64,000 nucleotides of DNA from a virus (taxonomy: Duplodnaviria; Caudoviricetes). Both the position numbers and the translations under genes were made by a program. The stretch covers positions 32,001 through 96,000 of the IMG/VR virus record IMGVR_UViG_3300009095_000011; one strand, written 5' to 3'. Numbering within the stretch: position 1 is the stretch's first letter; the number at the start of each line of letters is the position of its first letter. Below, piece after piece: positions 26,948 through 36,336 of the stretch. Below the pieces are notes generated by a model, which was not told where the DNA came from, did not search any database, and saw only the letters and a list, made by a program, of their open reading frames with translations.

Positions 26948-26951
26948 GGGT

Positions 26952-29900
26952 TTAAATGATTTCTACTTTAGTATTCTCATTGGAATGAAGAACGTTACAT
27001 TTCTTCCATCCATCATGTTTGATAATTCCTTTTATAAAGATAATGCTTTTTTCTGCATTTTTCAAGACTTTTTTATACTTTTCATATTCTTCATTCCATA
27101 ATGTAAAATGAATCATTTCACTATTTACATTGATATCTATCTGGACAAATTTGCCACGTTTGGATTTTCTTTCAATGATCTTTTCAATTACTCCACTAAC
27201 TACTATTTCCTGCCCTATGCTTTCCTCCTGATTAAATCTTAAAAGATCTATGAGGGAATTTGATTCACTTGCAAAAGAAGATGACTGAATGAGTTCTTTA
27301 TAGTTAATATACCCCAATCCTGTCAATTCAAGACTTTTCAATATCCACCAATGATTTTTCCAAATATTATTGAAATCATTAAATTCTTCTGGTAAATCTT
27401 CTTTTATAATTTCCTCATAATATTCCCTCAATATCTTAATTCTGTCAGATTCTTGTTTGACATTATAAAGCTCATCAAAAGCACCTGCAAGAATGAGATT
27501 AGTAATTGCTCGTTTATTTACTGTTCGCTTATCTACGCGATCAAATAAGTCTTTTACAGAGAAGAAATTACCTTTATTGTTTCTTTCTTCTATGATCTTC
27601 TCAACTGCTTTTTCACCTACCCATTTAACAGAAACAAGTGACCAATATATTTTTTTCTTGTCAAAGTCTGGTTTAAAATATTCTCCCGAATGATTGATAT
27701 CTGGCTGAGATACCATTACCTCTCCCAATCGATTCATTTCGGCTATAATTTGAGGCTTAGTGGAATCATCAGCATATTGCAGGGCTACATTATAGAATGC
27801 CACAGGGTAATGAGCCTTTAGGTACATTGTGGTATATCCTAAAATCGTATAACAAGCAGCATGGGAGTAATTGAATGAATACTGACCAAAGCTTTCAAAC
27901 ATATTCCATATATGTTCAGCTTCTTCTTTCGGGCAACCATTTTTTATTGCACCTTCAATAAATTGTGGCTTGTATGAATTTAAAAGTTCCTGATCTTTCT
28001 TACCTATACCCTTACGAATCATATCGGAATCAGCAAGGGAAAATCCCGCAAGATCAACGCAAGCCCTCATCACTTGCTCCTGGTATGCTAAAATTCCATA
28101 AGTTTCTTTTGTGATTTCCTCAAGTCCCCAAAGATATTCAGGTAATCTTTCACCATTTTTTATTTTTATATAATCAATATGTGACCCCGTACCCATTGCG
28201 CCTGGACGATAAAGAGCATTGGCGGCAATAAGATCATTTAACTTATCAGGCCTCATATCCATAAGAAAACCAGTCATGCCACCGCCACTGAATTGAAACA
28301 CATCAGCAGTGTACCCATCATTAAACATCCAGAATACTTTCTTATCATCAAGTGGAATATTTTGAAAATTATATTCCTTACCATATTTTTCTTTAACTAT
28401 TTTAAATATATCTCCAACTTTATCAAGTTGAGAAAGTCCAAGTATATCTTCTTTCAGAAATCCAAGTTTATCTAATACAGTCCCACTATATTCACTTACT
28501 ATAATTCCATCCTCTTTTCTTACAGGTATCCAATCCCATACTTCAATTTCATTACCCTCTTCATCTACATGTGGGAAAATTATAATAGCAGAAGCATGAA
28601 TTGATTTATTACGAATTACATTGTTAACTAATGGAAGATCATTTACAACTTCAATATTTTCTTTTATGAACTTTTTAAGAACTGTAACCTCCTGTGAATA
28701 TTTAAACAATTCAGTAATATTTTGTGGTTCATCGGCAACTTTCTTTGGGAATGTTCCTGTAATATAATTGATAGTCTGAAAATCAGTACCATTTTCTTTA
28801 GCAAGTTCCTTTAATGCACTTTTTATTTTTAATAATCCCCATGTGCCAACATAAGCAGTATGATTGTATCCATATTTCTGAACTATATATTGTTTAATTT
28901 TTTCTCGTCCCTCACTGGAAAAATCTATATCCACATCAGGCAATCCCTTAGTTACCCTTGCACTATTAAGAAACCTATCAAAAGGTAAGTTATATTCAAG
29001 TGGATCAATCATTGTAACATTCATCAAGTAAAGACAAAGAGATGATGCAGCAGAACCACGACCTAAATTTCTCATTATGCCTCTCTTATCTGCCTCTCTA
29101 CAAATATCATAGGTAATAAGAAAGTATTCTCTATATCCTCCTAAATCAATTACACTTGTTTCATATTCAATGCGGTCTAAATATTTTTGATCATTCTCCT
29201 TGCCTATTCTTATCAATCCTTTCATGATAAGATTGTCGAACATATTATTTGTAGTTCCATATTGTTCTTTCTCTTCATCTGTCATAATATACTTAGGCAG
29301 ATGAAGTTTTCCGGTTTCTATTTCAAACTTGCACTTATCAGCTATTTTAACGCTGTTCTCAGCACTTTGAGCGAATATGTCATATAATCTATCATCTTCA
29401 CCTTTAAATAGCTTAGAGAGGCTAAAAAACAGTTCATCAATGCTCTTGAAATGTTGGTCGTCGCTTGCGTAGCTAAATGGTACTTTGCCGATCTTTGCAA
29501 GTTTTGGTTTTATATGAGCATGAGATTTATCAAGATAGTAACTGTCACTCATTAATACAGGAGGACAGATAGGATAAAGTTCATGAAGATATTGTTTAAG
29601 GTTTAGCAAGTGCTCTTTATCTCGCTCATTGGATTTATATTCAACTGGATCGAATTGAAAATATATGTCTTTGAATTGTTTACTAAATTTGTAGAATACT
29701 GCTTTATTAAAATAATTTATGCTATCGGGAGGAATCACAAGGATGAGACCAGATGATCTTTCGAGTAGTTCTTTTTCAACAATAAATCCATCATTATCTA
29801 CTTTAATTGCTTTATTGATCCTTAAAAGGTTTTGCCATCCTGTTTTATTCTTTACATATAGTTTTACAAGGTAAGTTGCTTTGCTCTGTACTGTGGCTGT

Positions 29901-30095
29901 CATTCCTAATGAATAACCTATTTGTGCTTTCTTGCAAGCTTCCTGGAATGATAATGTTCCTCCTAATGTATTATGATCACATATTCCAAGATGATCTATT
30001 CCTAAGAATTTAGCTTTCTTTATGTAATCTTTATGTTCTCTTGTTCCTGAACATATTTCGTATTTAGAATGAATAGCAAGGTGAGAGTAGTTCAT
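26952..30095 (-). CDS. dnaE: DNA polymerase III alpha subunit (family C)
   Basis: PHP domain (HLAIHSKY, CDHNTL), GRGSAA, PDVDIDF, KEDILGL, YQEQVM, FNYSHA and a C-terminal OB fold. Confidence 0.95.
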   Translation of the reverse strand: MNYSHLAIHSKYEICSGTREHKDYIKKAKFLGIDHLGICDHNTLGGTLSFQEACKKAQIGYSLGMTATVQSKATYLVKLYVKNKTGWQNLLRINKAIKVDNDGFIVEKELLERSSGLILVIPPDSINYFNKAVFYKFSKQFKDIYFQFDPVEYKSNERDKEHLLNLKQYLHELYPICPPVLMSDSYYLDKSHAHIKPKLAKIGKVPFSYASDDQHFKSIDELFFSLSKLFKGEDDRLYDIFAQSAENSVKIADKCKFEIETGKLHLPKYIMTDEEKEQYGTTNNMFDNLIMKGLIRIGKENDQKYLDRIEYETSVIDLGGYREYFLITYDICREADKRGIMRNLGRGSAASSLCLYLMNVTMIDPLEYNLPFDRFLNSARVTKGLPDVDIDFSSEGREKIKQYIVQKYGYNHTAYVGTWGLLKIKSALKELAKENGTDFQTINYITGTFPKKVADEPQNITELFKYSQEVTVLKKFIKENIEVVNDLPLVNNVIRNKSIHASAIIIFPHVDEEGNEIEVWDWIPVRKEDGIIVSEYSGTVLDKLGFLKEDILGLSQLDKVGDIFKIVKEKYGKEYNFQNIPLDDKKVFWMFNDGYTADVFQFSGGGMTGFLMDMRPDKLNDLIAANALYRPGAMGTGSHIDYIKIKNGERLPEYLWGLEEITKETYGILAYQEQVMRACVDLAGFSLADSDMIRKGIGKKDQELLNSYKPQFIEGAIKNGCPKEEAEHIWNMFESFGQYSFNYSHAACYTILGYTTMYLKAHYPVAFYNVALQYADDSTKPQIIAEMNRLGEVMVSQPDINHSGEYFKPDFDKKKIYWSLVSVKWVGEKAVEKIIEERNNKGNFFSVKDLFDRVDKRTVNKRAITNLILAGAFDELYNVKQESDRIKILREYYEEIIKEDLPEEFNDFNNIWKNHWWILKSLELTGLGYINYKELIQSSSFASESNSLIDLLRFNQEESIGQEIVVSGVIEKIIERKSKRGKFVQIDINVNSEMIHFTLWNEEYEKYKKVLKNAEKSIIFIKGIIKHDGWKKCNVLHSNENTKVEII

Positions 30096-30550
30096 GAATT
30101 TATCTTTTCAATAAAAATTATATCAGAAGTGTTAATTTCTTTATTATTCAAATTAACAATATTGGGAAATAAGCTACTAACTATTTTAATAGATCCACCC
30201 TCACCATCAATCCAACTTGAACTTAATTGTTTTAAAATTCCACTCTTTGCCTCAATCGTATTATGAATTGTCTTATAATGATAGATATATTCGTTAGTAA
30301 AGCAATCAAATGGAAGGTGATTCAAAGCTTTTAGTCGAGATAATTTTTTAGGATGAATTTTGCTATTTATTCTTCCTAATCCAGTATGCAATTCTTTATT
30401 AATAATATAGTCTGAATTAATAAGATTTTTAGGATAAGTAATGGTATTTTTTATAAAATATTCATTATACCATACATTTACTTCCAATTTGCCATTTAAT
30501 AAACGTATGGCAGACCAACCTATTGGTAATTTTTTAAACATTTCTCTCAT
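30092..30550 (-). CDS. Hypothetical protein between dnaE and its putative N-terminal fragment
   Basis: Likely start ATG at 30550 overlapping the upstream TGA; its stop overlaps the dnaE ATG (ATGA). Confidence 0.6.
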   Translation of the reverse strand: MREMFKKLPIGWSAIRLLNGKLEVNVWYNEYFIKNTITYPKNLINSDYIINKELHTGLGRINSKIHPKKLSRLKALNHLPFDCFTNEYIYHYKTIHNTIEAKSGILKQLSSSWIDGEGGSIKIVSSLFPNIVNLNNKEINTSDIIFIEKINS

Positions 30551-30870
30551 CACAATTGACTTTTGGCCTTTCCTAAATATTTTAATGGGTTTAATTGAGG
30601 TTCTTGATCTTTGTTGTAGAAGTACCAATTGCCTCCGAATTTAAAAGCAAAGAACTGAACTATATCAGCTAATGTTTGCTCCATGTCATCTAAGATAAGA
30701 TGAAATGATTGGTCGAATAGATGGGATTGTATTTCTTGTTCAATTTGAACTTGCTTTGGTTCAATTATAAGGAAATAACCTACATCTTTGATTTCAAATA
30801 TTTTGTCAGGAAATTCTTCTACAAAGGAATAGTTGAGAGAATTTTCCTCAAGCCAGTCTACGATTTTCAT
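30550..30870 (-). CDS. Putative detached N-terminal extension of phage DnaE
   Basis: MKIVDWLEEN...FKFGGNWYF...LKYLGKAK resembles, from memory and unverified, the pre-PHP extension of Bacteroidota phage DnaEs. Confidence 0.5.
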   Translation of the reverse strand: MKIVDWLEENSLNYSFVEEFPDKIFEIKDVGYFLIIEPKQVQIEQEIQSHLFDQSFHLILDDMEQTLADIVQFFAFKFGGNWYFYNKDQEPQLNPLKYLGKAKSQL

Positions 30871-30880
30871 GGGTTGCAAT

Positions 30881-31192
30881 TTAAAATGGCAAATCGAAAA
30901 TAAAATCTTCATCTTGCTCAATGGAGTTGGTATCGTTGATTTTGTTTTCTAATTCTTTGAAAGCTTTATCTAAATTTCTACTTTTAAACCAATTAAGGCC
31001 GTCAACATAAAGAGAATATTCTATATAATATTCAGATCCTGTTTCTTTTGAATGTACTATTTTTTCTACTCGAAATGAATAATACCTTCCATTTGCCAAT
31101 TTAGACAATCTTTTGTCTATTTCAGTGAAAGTATTAGTGATATTGGATATTCTCAATAACCAATAAGCAAATTTTTTAATTAATCTTTTCAT
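30881..31192 (-). CDS. Hypothetical protein
   Basis: ORF track, 103 aa, ending in acidic DLPF. Confidence 0.6.
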   Translation of the reverse strand: MKRLIKKFAYWLLRISNITNTFTEIDKRLSKLANGRYYSFRVEKIVHSKETGSEYYIEYSLYVDGLNWFKSRNLDKAFKELENKINDTNSIEQDEDFIFDLPF

Positions 31193-31216
31193 GGGTTTTA
31201 CAATTTTTATTTAAAG

Positions 31217-31765
31217 TTATAAAATTCTTGCAATATGATCAAGAGAAACTTTTCTACATTTCTCTTCGCCTTTGGCTTTTATTACTGCTATATTATTTTT
31301 TCTATCAACATTTACAAGAACTCCCACAATGGCACTATCATCTTCCTGCTTGATTCTTATGTCAGTATCTTTCATAAAGTAATTATAAAAATCCTGAGAT
31401 GCAAATGATTCCCTATGTTGCTCATCTTTATAATGAAAATCAGGAAAGCCCCATCCATCTCTATATATCTTAGATGCAACCCTTTGTTTTTCCTTACTAT
31501 CAATAAAGATATTAGGTAATGCAGGATTTCGACTACATATGTCTTGAATCTTATTTTTCTTATGAAACATTACCCTTTCTTTGTAATATTTCTTATCGTT
31601 GACATTAGGGTATATCTTAGATCTCAATTCAGCAGATATATATTCAATTTGCAAAATCTCTAAAAATTCTAAGATTGGTAAGTCTCTGGTTTTTTCTACT
31701 TTATTTTCGCTGGACATTAAAAATGAAACAATTCGTTTCCATACTACAGTTATATTCTTTGCCAT
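31217..31765 (-). CDS. Hypothetical protein (replication module)
   Basis: ORF track, 182 aa. Confidence 0.7.
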   Translation of the reverse strand: MAKNITVVWKRIVSFLMSSENKVEKTRDLPILEFLEILQIEYISAELRSKIYPNVNDKKYYKERVMFHKKNKIQDICSRNPALPNIFIDSKEKQRVASKIYRDGWGFPDFHYKDEQHRESFASQDFYNYFMKDTDIRIKQEDDSAIVGVLVNVDRKNNIAVIKAKGEEKCRKVSLDHIARIL

Positions 31766-31783
31766 AAGAATTGTACAATTTTT

Positions 31784-32719
31784 TTAAAGATTATCAATGA
31801 AAAAATCAAAAGGAGATTTAATATTATTTAGTGCTTTCTCTAATTGATCATAACTGCAATCGCCTGGATCATTATTTCCTGCAATAGTGGTTATGTTGGT
31901 ATTGAAGTATAAATCTAATTCAAAGGAAATTGGCTTTATCTTACTGACTACATCGTTATCAAAAAGTAAGATGGTATTCTTAATGTTGGGCTTGGATCTT
32001 AATAATTCAAGCTGATTGTGGGAAAGTTTTGCACCAAAAGTGCATAATGGTTTAATTTGGTCACAATCATAAAGGTCTAAAAGCCTATTTACATTTATAA
32101 TATCCAATTTTCCTTCACACAATATTACAGTATGTGTCTGATCGGTTACTTTGTCAAAACCTCCAAGTAAACAAGAGAAATCAGAGATTGAATTATTATA
32201 TTTTGGATCTCCTTCAACTTCTCTCCTGCTGACATAAGCCTTAACTTGACCTTCCAGATAAATAGGAAATATACAGTATTTTTTCAAAGAACTAAGTAAG
32301 CTCGTTTTGCCTACTTCCCAATATTGATAATCTTTTTCTACAAAACCCCTGCTATCGAGATAGTCGTTTTGATAAACTCTTCTATACCCCAATGGCAATT
32401 GTTTGTTTGGTAAAGATAGTAATTTTTGTTGTTCTACTAAAGAAGTTAGAAAAATATTTTCAAGTTTATCATCTAATACATTAACATCTTTAGTAAATTG
32501 AGCTTTTATTCCTAAAATTTTTAGTAAATCATATATATTGCCAACATAACCACATTTGGCCTTTCTAAAACAGCCTACTGGATGATTTTCTTTATTATAT
32601 GAAATGGATGCTTCACGATGATCACACTTGGGGCAATTGATAACAAAGTTGCCTCTCTTGTTGTCCCAAGGTTTTAATGAAGAAAGAAGATTGAATAGTT
32701 TATCTTTATCAAGCTTCAT
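31784..32719 (-). CDS. DNA primase (Zn finger + TOPRIM)
   Basis: CPKC...C....C, LCEGKLD and LFDND motifs; adjacent to the helicase. Confidence 0.88.
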   Translation of the reverse strand: MKLDKDKLFNLLSSLKPWDNKRGNFVINCPKCDHREASISYNKENHPVGCFRKAKCGYVGNIYDLLKILGIKAQFTKDVNVLDDKLENIFLTSLVEQQKLLSLPNKQLPLGYRRVYQNDYLDSRGFVEKDYQYWEVGKTSLLSSLKKYCIFPIYLEGQVKAYVSRREVEGDPKYNNSISDFSCLLGGFDKVTDQTHTVILCEGKLDIINVNRLLDLYDCDQIKPLCTFGAKLSHNQLELLRSKPNIKNTILLFDNDVVSKIKPISFELDLYFNTNITTIAGNNDPGDCSYDQLEKALNNIKSPFDFFIDNL

Positions 32720-32882
32720 TTTTGCACTTTTGACAATATTGAGGTTCTAAATTTAATTTATTACCATAAGCAAGCAATTCTTTTGATGAAAATTGATTTC
32801 CTATTTTAATGATTTCTCTGCAATTAGAACAAAGTAATGCTAAATTGCCGCCATTGAATTTAAATATTGCTTTATTTTTCAT
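32709..32882 (-). CDS. Small zinc-finger protein (57 aa)
   Basis: Manual translation MKNKAIFKFNGGNLALLCSNCREII...QYCQKCKNEA. Confidence 0.55.
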   Translation of the reverse strand: MKNKAIFKFNGGNLALLCSNCREIIKIGNQFSSKELLAYGNKLNLEPQYCQKCKNEA

Positions 32883-34218
32883 CTCCAAAAGTATTTAGTG
32901 TACGTTTTCTATCATAAAATCTGCTATGTTTATAGGCGGTGCAAATGTAATGAGTTTTGCCACTCGGATGATCTCTGAATTTGTCTTCATATAATCTCAT
33001 TACTCCACTTTTATATTCATCCATAGTTTGATTCATAGTTATATGAATACTAAAGGGATCAATTAAGTTTTTATCACCTTTTATGTTCGATCTTGTCATT
33101 ACTTTGTTTGGATTATTCCATATTTCAACAGGAACATCTGATGCCTGAGTAGGAATAAATCCACTCATATTAAACTCAACACAAAGATTTGTAAATAATT
33201 TGGCAATCTTTCTTTTTCTTGCCTTTTCACCCTCAGCAGATGCACTATATCTTATTCCATCTCCTGGCTGCACCTCATCGAGATAATCTACTAATATAAC
33301 ATCTGCATCGCCATAAGATTTAAAATGATCAATTACAGAATTACGAACATCAACCATAGTTGCTGCATCAAATTGTTCATAAGCAATTACCTTAATGTCT
33401 CCTGTAATCTTCTTTGAATTTTCAATTACCTTATTTACTACATCTTGAGATAAACAGGTGAGATTCATGTCGTGATAATTTGAGCCAGCCATTAATGCAT
33501 CATAAGCATTTGTACACTCTTTTTTACTTCCCTCAAATTGAAAGTGCAAAACTTTTTTACCCATTCTGGCATTATAATACCCAATCCATCTAAGCAAGAA
33601 AGACTTGCCTATTCCAGATCGCGCAGTAATTAGGCAAGTTTTGCCCCTATCTAATCCACCATAAGTTCTGCTATCAAGGGAATCTATTCCAAATGAAGCT
33701 TTGTTTAAGAATTGACCTTGGCTCAATGAATTGTTAATCATTCTGGTATTATATCTATTCTCAAATCCTGAAAAAATAGATTCAAATGCCTTTGCTTTTA
33801 AAGAAAAATTGGCAATGTTTTCAGATTTCTTTGTAAGTATCTCAATTGCCTTTTCATATTGTCCCCTCTCGTATGTTTCTTTCATATCGCTATGAAGCTC
33901 AAGAAACATTGCTTTCTTTACAAAAATCTCAAGTTGAGTAAGTATTAATTCTTTAGCTGGTACATCTGCTTCTTTAATATGCCTTAGTTGTTCAATTACT
34001 TTAGGTTTTAATTTGAATTGTTCAGCAAGTGAACCAATTGAGGGTATTTGTTCAAGTGTACGAAAATGATTTGATATTGCTTTCCATAATTCTTTATATT
34101 CTTCTGTAGGTAAAAAATGATATTGTACATGATTTATTGCTATTTCAAGTACAGTTTTGCTTCTTAAACAAGTCTTGAATAACTCATTTAAGAAGTCAGG
34201 TGAGAGTTTCTCTGTCAT
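32872..34218 (-). CDS. Replicative DnaB-like helicase
   Basis: Walker A ARSGIGKS, Walker B LVDYLD, PTQ and DKFRD motifs. Confidence 0.9.
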   Translation of the reverse strand: MTEKLSPDFLNELFKTCLRSKTVLEIAINHVQYHFLPTEEYKELWKAISNHFRTLEQIPSIGSLAEQFKLKPKVIEQLRHIKEADVPAKELILTQLEIFVKKAMFLELHSDMKETYERGQYEKAIEILTKKSENIANFSLKAKAFESIFSGFENRYNTRMINNSLSQGQFLNKASFGIDSLDSRTYGGLDRGKTCLITARSGIGKSFLLRWIGYYNARMGKKVLHFQFEGSKKECTNAYDALMAGSNYHDMNLTCLSQDVVNKVIENSKKITGDIKVIAYEQFDAATMVDVRNSVIDHFKSYGDADVILVDYLDEVQPGDGIRYSASAEGEKARKRKIAKLFTNLCVEFNMSGFIPTQASDVPVEIWNNPNKVMTRSNIKGDKNLIDPFSIHITMNQTMDEYKSGVMRLYEDKFRDHPSGKTHYICTAYKHSRFYDRKRTLNTFGDEK

Positions 34219-34221
34219 ACA

Positions 34222-34437
34222 CTATAATTCACAAACTTGTGTAAAATTATCTACAACAAATTGATTGCATTTATTATGATCTCTGTTCAAAAATTTAATT
34301 ACATCTCCATTAAAATTAAAAGGATATGCATATATTCCAGTATTTTCATTTCGATTAGTAAATTTTATATCCAAAATTAAATGTTCAATGGTATATAATT
34401 TACTATTTTGATTATTTCTATAAAGCTTCATTATCAC
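34222..34437 (-). CDS. Hypothetical protein
   Basis: ORF track. Confidence 0.5.
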   Translation of the reverse strand: MIMKLYRNNQNSKLYTIEHLILDIKFTNRNENTGIYAYPFNFNGDVIKFLNRDHNKCNQFVVDNFTQVCEL

Positions 34438-34631
34438 ACCCTATATCTATTTTTTAACTCTTTTATCTTATTGTCATCATCTTTAAAAATGATTATTTCA
34501 GCCCTATTAATTTCTTCTCTTGCTATCACGCTACTTTTAAAATCATAAAATGTAACTTTATCTATTGGTAGAAGCTTGTTAAATTTTGTTAAATCATCAC
34601 GATTTAATTCAATAAATTTTTTCACTTTCAT
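34434..34631 (-). CDS. Hypothetical protein
   Basis: ORF track. Confidence 0.5.
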   Translation of the reverse strand: MKVKKFIELNRDDLTKFNKLLPIDKVTFYDFKSSVIAREEINRAEIIIFKDDDNKIKELKNRYRV

Positions 34632-34822
34632 TATCTATTTATTTTAATTAAACAAATACTTAGTATTTTATTTCCAATACTTTATAATAATATAATTGCC
34701 AGGATTTTTAAGTCTTTTCTTGTGCCATTTGGCTTGTTTCTTTGTTATAAAACCTCCTTTATAAAATTCAAAACACCCTGATGTTATACTTGCTCCAGTG
34801 TCATGATGGGTTCTTATTTTTA

Positions 34823-35380
34823 TTATTGCAAACATCGTTTTTTGTAAAGTAAAGGATAATTTATTTTAAGAAGCTCTTTACATTCGTTTCTGAATTTACA
34901 TCGAAAACATATAGGACTCTTCTTATAAAGAGAAGTATGATGAATACACCACAATAGACCAATATCTTTATTTAAATACTTAGCTCTATGTTGATCTTCA
35001 TAATCATTATTTTCAGTAGATTTTTCGTCATCAAAGATAATAAAAGAAGTGTTCTTTTCAATGTAATAATTGATTTTGTCTACATTGTCGCCAGTCATGT
35101 ATTTCTGATAACGATCAAATGCTTTCTTTCCTAATATCCATTGAAGTGATATTTTACGCTTAACATTTTCTTTATCGAGCCAGTAAGCAAATTGAAATCT
35201 GAAATAATGCCTCAACCATTGTTCACCTATACTATTGATATTATAAGCCTTTTTTAGACGTTTTAAGAAGTTATCTACTGTCTTTCGATTAGTTACACTA
35301 TTAACATCACAAAATGTCTTACAATCGTTGTAAAATGCGTTATAACATGTGTTGAAAAGTTTTCCAATGAGGTCATGCAT
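34823..35380 (-). CDS. Hypothetical protein with C-terminal Cys cluster
   Basis: ORF track; C...CFRC....EC motif. Confidence 0.65.
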   Translation of the reverse strand: MHDLIGKLFNTCYNAFYNDCKTFCDVNSVTNRKTVDNFLKRLKKAYNINSIGEQWLRHYFRFQFAYWLDKENVKRKISLQWILGKKAFDRYQKYMTGDNVDKINYYIEKNTSFIIFDDEKSTENNDYEDQHRAKYLNKDIGLLWCIHHTSLYKKSPICFRCKFRNECKELLKINYPLLYKKRCLQ

Positions 35381-35696
35381 ATTGCAAATTTCTCTGTAAT
35401 AAATTTGGATAACCTAAATCACTTTTGGCTTTCTCTTGTTTTATCCCATGTCTTTTATCATACAGAGAACCTCTGAGGAATGCATTTTGTCTTTGGATCA
35501 TTCTTCTGATTCGAGTTATACTATCAAGAGAGGGAAGTTTCTTATCTGATACCTGCTTTATGAGGTTTGTTGCAGGTTGTTTGAAGATATTGAAATTTAA
35601 TTGTGCAAGGATGTGAGCATATAGTATTTGATCATCATCGCGAGATTGAGGAACCTTATTTAAGATATCCTCAGTGAGTTTGTAGTAACCTTTCAT
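35373..35696 (-). CDS. Hypothetical protein
   Basis: ORF track; RDDD..LY and SITRIRR.IQ motifs. Confidence 0.65.
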   Translation of the reverse strand: MKGYYKLTEDILNKVPQSRDDDQILYAHILAQLNFNIFKQPATNLIKQVSDKKLPSLDSITRIRRMIQRQNAFLRGSLYDKRHGIKQEKAKSDLGYPNLLQRNLQYA

Positions 35697-35734
35697 TTAT
35701 GTTTACGATTTTTATTTATGTAAATATAGGTGTT

Positions 35735-36334
35735 TTATACTGTAATTGAAAGCGAAATGCTATTTTCTTCATTATAATGAATAAATAAATTTATAACTTG
35801 CTGAGTATCAAGTGAAATGTTATTGGTAAAATTATCATATAGATCATCACAAGATAGGGGTGCTGCGTTGGTTTGATTGATAGTCTTACGAAACCATATA
35901 CCAACACTTCTGCCAGATAATATTTCACCTACATCGATAGCGTTATCATTTCCATTAGCTTCTATGAATGTAGCATACAAGGGGGATGCTGAGATTGAAT
36001 TGATTCGTTCAAATTTAAAATCTCCACAGTCATCAACTGTTGGATCAACTATTGCAAGTTCTAATTTTATGTGAGAGATATTATTGTCCTCATCATCAGT
36101 TGGATATTCAAACCATATCTTAACATTATCAACATCATTAACTAATGTATTCTTTAAGGCAAGAATAATTGTTTCTCTGGACTTATTATCAATAGCAAGC
36201 CTACTTATATCACTTATAACATTGCCTAAATAATCGTTTGGTACAGAAGAGCTTGAGATATATCCTCCCAATGATAATAAAGGATTAGTTTGCTCTCCTC
36301 CTGCTTTTTGACTGTTAGTATAGTATAGTTGCAT
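35735..36334 (-). CDS. Virion structural protein (tail-associated)
   Basis: PLLSLGGYISSS...GIWFRKTI; last gene of the structural operon. Confidence 0.6.
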   Translation of the reverse strand: MQLYYTNSQKAGGEQTNPLLSLGGYISSSSVPNDYLGNVISDISRLAIDNKSRETIILALKNTLVNDVDNVKIWFEYPTDDEDNNISHIKLELAIVDPTVDDCGDFKFERINSISASPLYATFIEANGNDNAIDVGEILSGRSVGIWFRKTINQTNAAPLSCDDLYDNFTNNISLDTQQVINLFIHYNEENSISLSITV

Positions 36335-36336
36335 AA

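Noticed and set aside
30551-30628. N-terminal extension of ORF 30092-30628 as given in the track
   Set aside because: It overlaps the upstream gene; the ATG at 30550 coupled to the upstream TGA is more plausible.
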